A stretch of DNA of 64,000 nt from the IMG/VR virus record IMGVR_UViG_3300034071_001673; one strand, written 5' to 3'. The notes under the pieces are model-generated. The model did no database searches, was not told the origin of the DNA, and saw only the letters and a list, made by a program, of their open reading frames with translations. Made by a program: the position numbers and the translations under genes. This DNA comes from an uncultured virus (IMG/VR IMGVR_UViG_3300034071_001673) (taxonomy: Duplodnaviria; Heunggongvirae; Uroviricota; Caudoviricetes). Positions 7,924 through 16,831 of the stretch are shown piece by piece (the first letter of the stretch is position 1; every line of letters starts with the position of its first letter).

Positions 7924-8598
7924 TTATTCTCCGAATGTCGAACTTGCGGCTTCAATTGCGATGTAGTAAGTGATGTCAACAGTCTTGTGCTTGAATCGCG
8001 CAAGACCTTTCTTAGCGATTGCAACATCATACGAACCTTCAAGCAACTTGAAGTTTTCGACCTTCATCACAACCTTGAATTCTTTACCATTCTCAGCCGT
8101 GCCGATTTCAATCTTGGACTGATCAGCAGAATCATCCTTCACGTCGGTAGCAATGAAGTGAATCGTGGAACCATCGCTCTCAAATACGAAGTTTGGTGAG
8201 CCAGAGATGCCCGCACTCTTGCGCATCCAATCGAGATCTTCTTGCGAGAGACTGAATGAACAATCAGGATCACCAAACGTGATCGCCTTCTCAGGTGGAG
8301 TCACAATAACTTTCGGCGAACAATACTTGATGTAATCAGACTTCTTGTTTGCACTGATGTTGAGTTTGTCATCATCAAACGACAACTCAGCATCCTTATA
8401 CAAGGAGACTTTTGCCAAGAGTTTATTCAAATCATAAAGAGCGAACTCTTTTGGGAAACTCTCACCAACAGTTGCTTCAACGAAGATTGTCTTGAGGGGA
8501 GAGATAGTTTTCAAAGTATTGCCAGACTTGAATTGCAAACTTTGATTAATGCCTGAAAAGTTTTTCAGGACTTGCACAGTATCATCAGAAAGTTTCAT
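7924..8598 (-). CDS. gp45: Sliding clamp
   Basis: MKLSDDTVQVLKNFSGINQS...YYIAIEA; start revised to 8598 with GAGG SD. Confidence 0.95.
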   Translation of the reverse strand: MKLSDDTVQVLKNFSGINQSLQFKSGNTLKTISPLKTIFVEATVGESFPKEFALYDLNKLLAKVSLYKDAELSFDDDKLNISANKKSDYIKYCSPKVIVTPPEKAITFGDPDCSFSLSQEDLDWMRKSAGISGSPNFVFESDGSTIHFIATDVKDDSADQSKIEIGTAENGKEFKVVMKVENFKLLEGSYDVAIAKKGLARFKHKTVDITYYIAIEAASSTFGE

Positions 8599-9253
8599 AA
8601 TTAACGACCTCATTTGCTTCAACACGATTATTATATAACGAATCAACCAACTTGTCAACCCTCACGGTCAACTCATCTAACGAACAATTATTATCCATCA
8701 CAATATCATAATGTGCACCAATCCAAGCCCACTCACTAAAGTGAACTTCTGGATAAGCATTGCGCATTATTTCTTGTTTGTTATAAAGATTGCATTCACG
8801 AGCAAGACTGTACCATTCAGGATCATCACCACGACGAACGCGAATAACTTTGCCGCCAGATTTCACAATTGCATCGATTTCATTTGGGAAACGAACATCA
8901 GCAATCACATAATTATTCCATGGTGATTGCTCGCAGCGACGCATTACAGTATGAACCCAGAGGTCAGGGTGAAATACATCCCGCCCTGCCTCTGTGCCCA
9001 TTAGCTGGAGTGCTAATCTTGGCGAAAACTCACGATCGAGTTTTTCTGACCACCATACGTCTGGTTGTTCACGCCATGCTCTTGATTCAGGTGTGTTACC
9101 TTCAAGCATTTCGCGATTCCAACCAAATATAATCGAGCAAGCATCTTTCAGGCTGTTCGCATAACTTTCTTTGAAGAAATCATGACGTTCTACCAAGAGA
9201 TCTGCAACTGTGCCTTTACCTGCTCCAATAAAGCCAACTAAACCTACGATCAT
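8585..9253 (-). CDS. gp1: Deoxynucleoside monophosphate kinase
   Basis: GFIGAGKGT P-loop, PRLALQLMGTE, IADVRFPNE, SEWAW. Confidence 0.92.
   Translation of the reverse strand: MIVGLVGFIGAGKGTVADLLVERHDFFKESYANSLKDACSIIFGWNREMLEGNTPESRAWREQPDVWWSEKLDREFSPRLALQLMGTEAGRDVFHPDLWVHTVMRRCEQSPWNNYVIADVRFPNEIDAIVKSGGKVIRVRRGDDPEWYSLARECNLYNKQEIMRNAYPEVHFSEWAWIGAHYDIVMDNNCSLDELTVRVDKLVDSLYNNRVEANEVVNYETF
8630..8658 (-). promoter_or_regulatory. Consensus sigma70 promoter for the gp45 operon, inside the dNMP kinase CDS
   Basis: TTGACA(8658-8653)-17-TATAAT(8635-8630). Confidence 0.8.
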
Positions 9254-9259
9254 ACAATA

Positions 9260-10099
9260 TTAGAGAGTGCCAACGTAATTAGCAACTGCTGGCATGTCAC
9301 CAGTGAATGCATATGTTCCGATGTGATGAGTCTTCATCCATGGGCAGAGCCAAATCTCACCACCGATGTTTCTCCACCATTGGCAGAACATATAATCTTC
9401 TGAGAGATAACGATCAGATCCACCGACTTCGCGTTCAACGCCATCAACGTTCACTTTACGCTTACGATCAATGACGGTATCGAAGAATGCATGGATATAT
9501 CGCGAACCGTCAAAGTTGGCTTGACCAACATGATCTGGCTTATAACTGAATTCTGGATATGCTTCTTTAAAACGTTCAAAGACTTGACGCTTAATCATCA
9601 TATATCCTGTGCCAATTTCTAGAACTTGAATTGGCTCAGCAACACTAAACTTGACAGTACCAGGAGCAGGATTGAAGACGAAATCACCAGCAACCTTTTC
9701 CATTTCACCAGGCTCAATATCTGGATGACGCTTGACTGCTTCTTTAATTGCACCCCATTTGATAGACTTCTTTGGGTATGGTCCACCAATGATGTCCTTA
9801 TCAAGAGCAAGACATGCAATCACATCACGTGGATCGAAATGAATATCTGCATCGATAAAGAGCATATGAGTGAATCCTTCTGCGCGAAGGAACTCATCAG
9901 CAAGATAGTTGCGAGCGCGAGTAATCAATGATTCATTGAAGATGAATGAGAAACGAACTTCAATACCATATTGTCCGCAGATTGCTTGTAAATCTAAACA
10001 GGACTTTACATACATGCCATGAGACATGCCACCATACATTGGAGTTGCCACAAATAACTTTTTCTTGCGCAACTCTTCAACTTTAACTTCTAACTGCAT
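9260..10099 (-). CDS. GT-A fold glycosyltransferase-like protein
   Basis: VATPMYGG, ESLITRARN, FIDADI (DxD), GTGYMMI, YLSEDYMFC. Confidence 0.8.
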   Translation of the reverse strand: MQLEVKVEELRKKKLFVATPMYGGMSHGMYVKSCLDLQAICGQYGIEVRFSFIFNESLITRARNYLADEFLRAEGFTHMLFIDADIHFDPRDVIACLALDKDIIGGPYPKKSIKWGAIKEAVKRHPDIEPGEMEKVAGDFVFNPAPGTVKFSVAEPIQVLEIGTGYMMIKRQVFERFKEAYPEFSYKPDHVGQANFDGSRYIHAFFDTVIDRKRKVNVDGVEREVGGSDRYLSEDYMFCQWWRNIGGEIWLCPWMKTHHIGTYAFTGDMPAVANYVGTL

Positions 10100-10101
10100 A
10101 A

Positions 10102-10683
10102 TTATTCACTCCAGTTGTAAAATTTTCTAATATTGTCAATAATCTTAGATTGATCATCGAGGTTTTCGTTGACCATTGTCTCTATATAGTCCATGAGAGT
10201 CAGCGACCCCATGATATTGGAGATTTTGGTCTTACGAGAATTTTTGAATTTGTCATCTTGATCATCTTTGCGATCAATGTGACGTTGATCAAGAGTGCTA
10301 TCCTTAACTGTAAGGATTAGAATCTTGAAATCATTTGGGAATAGTTCAGAAAGACGATCAAGCATCTTACCATTGAACAAACGATCACCTTCAAAGATAA
10401 CATTTACATTGTGACCATCTGCATTTGATTCATATGCAAGATTACTAAAGAACGCAGTAGCATCTGGTTGAACTGCCATTGACAAACGATCTGTTCCTTG
10501 AAATACATTACCATCGTCTACATACTTGCCAAGAATATAAAGATTCAATTTCTTGGAATATACAGCATCAAGAAGTTTCTCTGGTTTGACTGTTTGCCAA
10601 TCGTCAGCCATTGAAATCAATCGAAACATGAGGGTGGTTTTGCCAGTTGCTGGCTCACCACCCATCGCAATCACTCTTACCAT
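10102..10683 (-). CDS. P-loop nucleotide kinase (5-hmU DNA kinase-like)
   Basis: GGEPATGKTT, GTDRLSMAVQ, FEGDRL; directly coupled to the aGPT-PPlase2-like gene. Confidence 0.75.
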   Translation of the reverse strand: MVRVIAMGGEPATGKTTLMFRLISMADDWQTVKPEKLLDAVYSKKLNLYILGKYVDDGNVFQGTDRLSMAVQPDATAFFSNLAYESNADGHNVNVIFEGDRLFNGKMLDRLSELFPNDFKILILTVKDSTLDQRHIDRKDDQDDKFKNSRKTKISNIMGSLTLMDYIETMVNENLDDQSKIIDNIRKFYNWSE

Positions 10684-11696
10684 AATGCCTCCAAACCTTC
10701 CTTAACTTCTTCTTCGTCTTGGAACATCCAATTCATTCTTTCTAGTTTACCTGTTCTCAGGAAATAAGTAAACTTTTCTTTGTTGATTTTATTTCGCGAA
10801 GCAAGCCTTGAATCGAGAGTTTCGTTTCTTGCTTGCCACAAAACATTCCATTCAATACCAGTCCAGCCATCACCCTCTGCTTGCTCAATTTCTTCTGATT
10901 GACGATCAAGATAATAGCCAAGATAACGTCCATGATGTTCACGAAAGATTTTCTTGAATGAACACAAACAAGTTTCCATCGTAAAGAAATCGATTTGATT
11001 GCTCAGTTGAGGGAATCTAGATCTGGTTTCCTCAAGAATCTCTTTGGCGATGCTTTCAAGGTCTGCGCATTCTGCAGCAGTGAGTTTAGCATCATATTTG
11101 TCATCTTGCCCGATGGCGAGATGCAAACCATTACGATGAGAACGAGACCCTGCAAAATCGTCAAGCATGAGGCTGTCAGGTACACAGTTAATGCCAGCAG
11201 TATGAGTAAGATGCTGAAGGTAAAACCAAGTGGAATAGCGACCAAATTTGTAAAGAGAAGTCTTAAGATTATTCCAAAGATTGTGGAAAGATTGTGTTTC
11301 GTTGTCGCCATAATATTTTTCTAGAACCTCACGTTGAGTTTTCTTGCCAATAAATTTTTGGTAAGATGCGAACATGGCAGGCAAGTGACCTTTGTTCCAC
11401 TTTGTGTCTGTTTGATAGCGCAATCTAGTATAATTACTAGAGTTCCACCATTCGATACGATCAACGGTAGCAAGTTCATAGTCTGGGAATTCATTTTTTA
11501 GAACCCATGCAGTTGGCAATTGATAGGTGTTACCATAAAGCCATGCAAGCCAGAGTCTTTCCTCATCATTGTGTTCATAACGATTATGAAGATAGTTTGT
11601 CATCCATACCGCTGGATCGCAATCGCCAAACTGCATCGACCACGCATACCAACGAATGAATTGTTCACGACGCTGCAAAGACTTCGACACAACCAC
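10677..11696 (-). CDS. alpha-glutamyl/putrescinyl-thymine pyrophosphorylase clade 2-like (amino acid:DNA transferase)
   Basis: DCDPA, RLWLAWLYGNTY, TDTKWNK, FGRYSTWFYLQ, ETCLCSFKK, RYLGYYLDR. Confidence 0.8.
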   Translation of the reverse strand: MVVSKSLQRREQFIRWYAWSMQFGDCDPAVWMTNYLHNRYEHNDEERLWLAWLYGNTYQLPTAWVLKNEFPDYELATVDRIEWWNSSNYTRLRYQTDTKWNKGHLPAMFASYQKFIGKKTQREVLEKYYGDNETQSFHNLWNNLKTSLYKFGRYSTWFYLQHLTHTAGINCVPDSLMLDDFAGSRSHRNGLHLAIGQDDKYDAKLTAAECADLESIAKEILEETRSRFPQLSNQIDFFTMETCLCSFKKIFREHHGRYLGYYLDRQSEEIEQAEGDGWTGIEWNVLWQARNETLDSRLASRNKINKEKFTYFLRTGKLERMNWMFQDEEEVKEGLEALW

Positions 11697-12180
11697 CTTT
11701 ACCTTTTTTGTATACTGCTGCGTGTATTACAGGATCTGAAAGATCATAGATACCATCAGCAAAATTCTTTCCATTGATTTTGAACATACTCAGAGAGCAT
11801 CCGCTTTTCTGTTTTCCCAAGAACTTAAATCCCATAGACTCATAGAAAACAATTGCATCAGGCTCTGCTGAAACACGATAGTAACTGGTGCCAAGACCTT
11901 GTGCGCGATCAAGAGAATCTTGAGTAAGCAATCTTGCAACACCCTTACGTCTATGTTTTGCAAATGTATGAAGCAATTGTAGATTGAAAACATATGGAGT
12001 TTTCTTCGAACGAGTAGTGATAATCGCGCCAGCCAACTCTCCGCCTTCCCAACATCCAATACAGTACTGCCATTGTTCCTGCATATCTGCTTTCGCTACA
12101 AAAGTCTTGGCGAAAGAGTCTGCTTTGTTCTCAGTTATATGCGCGACAAATTCATCGCGACTTGTGTCACACAACTTCAT
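11665..12180 (-). CDS. GNAT family acetyltransferase
   Basis: HRRKGVARLL acetyl-CoA motif A; AIVFYESMGF motif B; start revised to 12180. Confidence 0.85.
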   Translation of the reverse strand: MKLCDTSRDEFVAHITENKADSFAKTFVAKADMQEQWQYCIGCWEGGELAGAIITTRSKKTPYVFNLQLLHTFAKHRRKGVARLLTQDSLDRAQGLGTSYYRVSAEPDAIVFYESMGFKFLGKQKSGCSLSMFKINGKNFADGIYDLSDPVIHAAVYKKGKGGCVEVFAAS

Positions 12181-13039
12181 GGAACTCGCGTTTCTTTTCT
12201 CCACGTTCCTTTGGATATTTGGTTTGCTGCCAACCATGATACTCATCTAAGTTCCACACAAATGGTGGGAACTTGAACGTATTATTAGCCAGAATCTCGC
12301 GAACAGATGATCCACCATTCAATGCTGCGTCTATAAACATTTCAACAAATCGAAATTGAGATTCCATTTCTTCTCGCTTTGTAGTTGAGCGGAAACAACG
12401 AAACTCGATTGTACCAGTATGCTTCATGCAATAAGTATTGATGGCGTATCTAAAAGGGCGACCCATTGACACGCCATCTTTTCCAGCAGCATGTAATTTG
12501 ATAAAGTGATTGAAGTCAGTAGCAAGTTCAATAATATTGTCGCACATATACTCAGGCATTGGGCGACCACCATCAAACTTCAGATACATCTTTGCGCCTT
12601 CGCACTGCTTCATCTCAGAAGTTTCGTAGAATTGATAACAGGCTTCAATCGTATCTTCTTGATTATCTTGAATATATCCAACCAATCGCTTCAATCCAGC
12701 AATATCATCTTTCAGTCCTGGAACAAAGACATGAATATGACCATGGTTGACGCAAGAGGCTGACGGATTATTTCCGTACTCAAGAAACATTTCTTTTAGA
12801 CGCATGATGCGATCAACTTGTTCTTGCCAAGTTTTGGTTGGCATCATATTGACTTCACCGCCGAATGGTGGTTCTTTACCAAGAGGATCGCATGCACGAT
12901 ATTGATATGGTGGGTGAATGTTTACAATATCAGTTTCAGCATATTCCCATTTACCGAGAGTTGGGGGGATATCCATACGACGATCAATATCACCCCACTC
13001 AATTTCAGCACCATATGTAAACGTTGACTTATCGTACAT
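12167..13039 (-). CDS. Putative amidoligase (COOH-NH2 ligase)
   Basis: TYGAEIEW, GGEVN, HGHIHV, GTIEFRCF; start revised to 13039. Confidence 0.8.
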   Translation of the reverse strand: MYDKSTFTYGAEIEWGDIDRRMDIPPTLGKWEYAETDIVNIHPPYQYRACDPLGKEPPFGGEVNMMPTKTWQEQVDRIMRLKEMFLEYGNNPSASCVNHGHIHVFVPGLKDDIAGLKRLVGYIQDNQEDTIEACYQFYETSEMKQCEGAKMYLKFDGGRPMPEYMCDNIIELATDFNHFIKLHAAGKDGVSMGRPFRYAINTYCMKHTGTIEFRCFRSTTKREEMESQFRFVEMFIDAALNGGSSVREILANNTFKFPPFVWNLDEYHGWQQTKYPKERGEKKREFHEVV

Positions 13040-13718
13040 GCTGTAAATCCTTTGCATCATCAATTATAACATAGTTCTTTCGAAAGACATTCTTTGCTAT
13101 AGTCACATAGCAATTCATATCAACCTCAATAGGATCTTTGAGATCAGAACGAAGAGCAATATCTTTCGTTGAAGTAATTATACCGCCATTGGTCAAAGAA
13201 GTAAAGTAAATTGGACGTTTGCCGTTGCGATAGAAACGTAATTGCTTTTCTTTGTACAATTCAACTACAGCCATTGAAGCATTTGAAAATTCTACTAATG
13301 GAGACTTGTTTGCTTCAAGAGTATGAAGAATCAACTCACTATCGTTTCGAGTTTTACACTTGTAGCCATATAGACGTTCCCAGTTTTCTGGCATCTCTTG
13401 GCTGACAACGCCATTGTGAACAATAGAGATATTGTCATTGTACAATGGTTGATTAAATTCAAGATCAGATGTAGAATAACGGCAATGACCAATCAAATAT
13501 AGATTGCCATCTTCGTTAACACAATTGTTTAGATCAAGTGATTCTAAAAACTGCGTGGCTGGTTTAGCGTCAATGCGAGTTTTTATTTCACCATCACGAA
13601 CCCAAGAAACACCAGTTGCGTGTAATCCGCGAATACTAGACTCACGGACAACATCAGCAAGCATTACCAAATCACGAGAACTTGGGTTCTCGATATAAGC
13701 ACCAATAATTGCGCACAT
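13029..13718 (-). CDS. Class II (Ntn) glutamine amidotransferase
   Basis: N-terminal MCAIIG nucleophile Cys, RGLHATG, GHCRYST, HNG, NDSE. Confidence 0.9.
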   Translation of the reverse strand: MCAIIGAYIENPSSRDLVMLADVVRESSIRGLHATGVSWVRDGEIKTRIDAKPATQFLESLDLNNCVNEDGNLYLIGHCRYSTSDLEFNQPLYNDNISIVHNGVVSQEMPENWERLYGYKCKTRNDSELILHTLEANKSPLVEFSNASMAVVELYKEKQLRFYRNGKRPIYFTSLTNGGIITSTKDIALRSDLKDPIEVDMNCYVTIAKNVFRKNYVIIDDAKDLQHVR

Positions 13719-13719
13719 A

Positions 13720-15012
13720 TTAACCGAACATATCTTCTAGAGTGGATGTCTTTTCTCTTTTCTTATCGTATTTACCCATTCTCAAACTATTACCACCATT
13801 TTGGTCTACGAAATCAAACCATTCATCGCTTTCCCACATGCCTTCAGATATTCCATTCCAAAGTTTTCTCTGGAGAGGATGTTCCTTATCTTTTCTACGA
13901 TGCTCAACAAATTTATATCGTAAAGACTCCCATCTATCTTCACCAAGTTCAAGCATCTTTTCTCTCAAATAACAGACAAGACTTATACGCTCTGCCATTT
14001 CATCTTGCAGTTCAATAGGTGTATTGCCATGAATGTACTCATGATTATTGACGAGCAGCAGGTCACCTGGTCGTACATTCACGGCAATACGAACTTCTGG
14101 AAGAACAAGATATCCACCTGTATAGTTACCATTGTTTGATAAAACAAGAAGATTGCTTAATCCATTTGTAAAGTCACCAGCATCACGATGTGCTGCTGTT
14201 CGGAATGTCTTGTTAACTGTGATTGTAGTGAAAACAGTTTGCGGAACGAGGAATGCAGGATCGATTGTATCCGCTGCAGCACGCTGCGCTGCATGACGAG
14301 TTGGAAGCAACTCAGCAAAACCGCGATCAAGTGTCTGTAGAAATGGAAATGACAATTTAAATTTGTCAAATGAGTTTTGCGTATATGCTGTTGCGCGACC
14401 ATATGGAATACGAGGATACCGATCGAACCAACCAGCAATACCCGACAACACTACGTTGGCATAGGTTGTATCCGAAATATAAGTTTCTTCAACACCACGC
14501 GCTTCTTCTTTACGTTCTTTGACTGACATCTCAGCGACTCTTTGAAGCCACTTGTCAAAGTCAAATTCATCTTCTTTGACTTTTGCGCTCAACCAAACAA
14601 GACCACGAGACGATTCTGCATTCTCATACTTGGCGCGAATCGATTCAATCTCTTCTTTAACATTCACAGGTATGACTGAATTCTCTGGCTGCTTCTTGAA
14701 GAAGTCAAGAACATGTAATTGAAACTCAGTCACCCACTCACGACCACCACATTTCTCACCTTTTGGTCCTGCTGCAAGTCCACGATTTTGAGTTGGTGTT
14801 GCAGCCTCGCGCAAACCTGCATAAGCATCATCTTGCTCTTGTTTGCTGAAATAGTTTTTGCGAAACTTGAATGCGATATTATCTTCATGTTCGCTGCCAA
14901 GATAGCAATCTGTGTCTTCATTGATCACAGTATCAAAATGCGACTCGTCTAGGAATTGTCCTAGCAAATGTTCACAATCTATTTTTGAATTTGCAATAAT
15001 TACTTTGGTCAT
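13720..15012 (-). CDS. TET/JBP-like 2OG-Fe(II) dioxygenase (5-methylpyrimidine oxidase)
   Basis: FTTITVNKTFRTAAHRDAGD (HxD), GGYLVLPE, HGNT (distal His), RISLVCYLRE (2OG-binding Arg). Confidence 0.8.
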   Translation of the reverse strand: MTKVIIANSKIDCEHLLGQFLDESHFDTVINEDTDCYLGSEHEDNIAFKFRKNYFSKQEQDDAYAGLREAATPTQNRGLAAGPKGEKCGGREWVTEFQLHVLDFFKKQPENSVIPVNVKEEIESIRAKYENAESSRGLVWLSAKVKEDEFDFDKWLQRVAEMSVKERKEEARGVEETYISDTTYANVVLSGIAGWFDRYPRIPYGRATAYTQNSFDKFKLSFPFLQTLDRGFAELLPTRHAAQRAAADTIDPAFLVPQTVFTTITVNKTFRTAAHRDAGDFTNGLSNLLVLSNNGNYTGGYLVLPEVRIAVNVRPGDLLLVNNHEYIHGNTPIELQDEMAERISLVCYLREKMLELGEDRWESLRYKFVEHRRKDKEHPLQRKLWNGISEGMWESDEWFDFVDQNGGNSLRMGKYDKKREKTSTLEDMFG

Positions 15013-15032
15013 AACTTTCTCCTGCTCATGAT

Positions 15033-15061
15033 ATTATATATCCAGCAAGGCACAATGTCAA
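15033..15061 (-). promoter_or_regulatory. Consensus sigma70 promoter of the DNA-modification operon
   Basis: TTGACA(15061-15056)-17-TATAAT(15038-15033), then AGGAG SD. Confidence 0.85.
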
Positions 15062-15082
15062 CATCAGTATTTTCCGAACCCC

Positions 15083-15115
15083 AAATGAAACTGTGGGGGC
15101 ATTGCACCCCCACAG
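15083..15115 (-). terminator. Rho-independent terminator
   Basis: CTGTGGGGG-TGCAATG-CCCCCACAG followed by TTTCATTT. Confidence 0.75.
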
Positions 15116-15144
15116 AATGTTATCACATTTTTAGAATTGGCTGA

Positions 15145-15438
15145 TTAGCCCATCGTGACGCTGATAGCATCGCGGTAGAGGGTCTTGCGAGCACGCGCAA
15201 TCTGACCCTGATCGAGATACTTCTCGAACTGCTTCGAAGGATTGCCAAGACGATAGGCAAATACCTTCTGACCACGCGAATTAGTGACGCGATTGGTGTA
15301 TACAGAGATACCCTCATTGCGTGCACGATAAGCAAGATCAGCAGCATTGTCAACCTTGAACATTGCACGAACTTGGCGCGATGTTACAGTGTTGCCGTCA
15401 GCAAGATAAGAAACAAAAGAATCAAGAGCATTAGACAT
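15145..15438 (-). CDS. Small winged-helix-like protein
   Basis: MSNALDSFVSYLADGNTVTSRQVRAMFKV...RNEGISVYTN...YRLG; has its own promoter and terminator. Confidence 0.7.
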   Translation of the reverse strand: MSNALDSFVSYLADGNTVTSRQVRAMFKVDNAADLAYRARNEGISVYTNRVTNSRGQKVFAYRLGNPSKQFEKYLDQGQIARARKTLYRDAISVTMG

Positions 15439-15509
15439 ATAATATACCTTCACAAAACACCCCTTCAATAATATCGCAAGATTGGGGCTTTCCTTACGAC
15501 ATACTTGTT

Positions 15510-15538
15510 ATTATATAATAACAAATCCCAAAAGTAAA
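15510..15538 (-). promoter_or_regulatory. Early-type sigma70 promoter
   Basis: TTTACT-17-TATAAT (T4 early-like GTTTAC -35). Confidence 0.75.
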
Positions 15539-16831
15539 CTATTTTGTTTTAACAAAAGATTCAAGGACAATAACTTGGCATTTCAGCCTCTCATGCATAC
15601 GCTTCATTGCAGCATTTAATTTGTCTTCAGAACCACCGTTCTTTTTCCAAGAATTAAATTCATTTAGAGTACGGTGACTCACAACCATGATTGCATCCCA
15701 CGTATCCATTTCGCCAGCCTTGTTCGCCACAGCCCCAACGCCAGCATTATAACAAGAACCAGATGTAATACTGATCACCGCATGTCCAGGATTCTCTTCA
15801 GCAAGTTTATCAGTTACTGCTTTCAGTTCTCGTTTCGACCACACCTTGAAGTTACGATTCTTCATAGCATCGAGAGTTTCAAGATGATCTTTTACAGATT
15901 CGATCGTTTTAGCAATTTGTTTTTTAGACCAGAAATCGCCATAAGGGTCGATGAATGCTTCCTTGAATTCTTCGGTGCCAATCTTCAATTCATCATGAGA
16001 ATTTGCAAATCTCATAATTGCTTGCTTTAAATCATCTTTGCTGTTAGGTCTTTTACGTTTCTCGTCATGATTCATCGCATAGCCAAAATAATCAACATTT
16101 TCTTTCTTGAATTTAAATTCAGAATAATTAATATAGATTACAGGAACTAATGTCCAACCCGCATCATGGGCTGCTTCTATAGTATGATTGCCGTCAATAA
16201 TTTCTTTATACCCATTATCATGAACACAAACAATCACAGGTGAAACGTTCTGTCGCGCTTTACCTGGATCATCCTTCATAAGTTCAGCGATACCATCTTT
16301 ATGCTCATGTTCAATCACATTTAAGCGCACTTGATTTCTAGGCAATGAGCGAATTTCGCTAACCTTTTCATTTTCATGGATTTTATACTTGCCAGAATTA
16401 ATCTGTTCACAAATATATCTGATATCATCTTTGTCAACTTTACTTTTTTCAGTCACATAAACTGGATCAATTCCAGCAATCCAATCTAGACCAACTTTCT
16501 TAATCTCTTCAGTTAGATTAGAGAAGTCTTTGACGCAGCCCTCACCACCACCAACTGACTGATTGTAAAATTTATCGTTCTTGTGCGCACTCACTGACTT
16601 CAACAAGAAATTTTCGAGAGTGATCGCGACAGATTGCTTTCCGCGATACAGAATGCTGCGCTTCAGCAAACCATAAGACCAGGCAAGATTGGCTTCTGGA
16701 TCCTCAGAGGAGAAAACATAACCATCATAAATCTCATTGGTCTTATGATAACCGATATACATCTTGCCAGTTATAATATGTCGCCATCCATAAGTGATGG
16801 CTTCATATTTCTTTTTCGTCATTCGACTCAT
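15539..16831 (-). CDS. GIY-YIG-like N-terminus fused to a ParB/Srx-like domain
   Basis: TYGWRHIITGKMYIGYH...YVFSS; PVIV...IIDGNHTIEAA. Confidence 0.6.
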   Translation of the reverse strand: MSRMTKKKYEAITYGWRHIITGKMYIGYHKTNEIYDGYVFSSEDPEANLAWSYGLLKRSILYRGKQSVAITLENFLLKSVSAHKNDKFYNQSVGGGEGCVKDFSNLTEEIKKVGLDWIAGIDPVYVTEKSKVDKDDIRYICEQINSGKYKIHENEKVSEIRSLPRNQVRLNVIEHEHKDGIAELMKDDPGKARQNVSPVIVCVHDNGYKEIIDGNHTIEAAHDAGWTLVPVIYINYSEFKFKKENVDYFGYAMNHDEKRKRPNSKDDLKQAIMRFANSHDELKIGTEEFKEAFIDPYGDFWSKKQIAKTIESVKDHLETLDAMKNRNFKVWSKRELKAVTDKLAEENPGHAVISITSGSCYNAGVGAVANKAGEMDTWDAIMVVSHRTLNEFNSWKKNGGSEDKLNAAMKRMHERLKCQVIVLESFVKTK

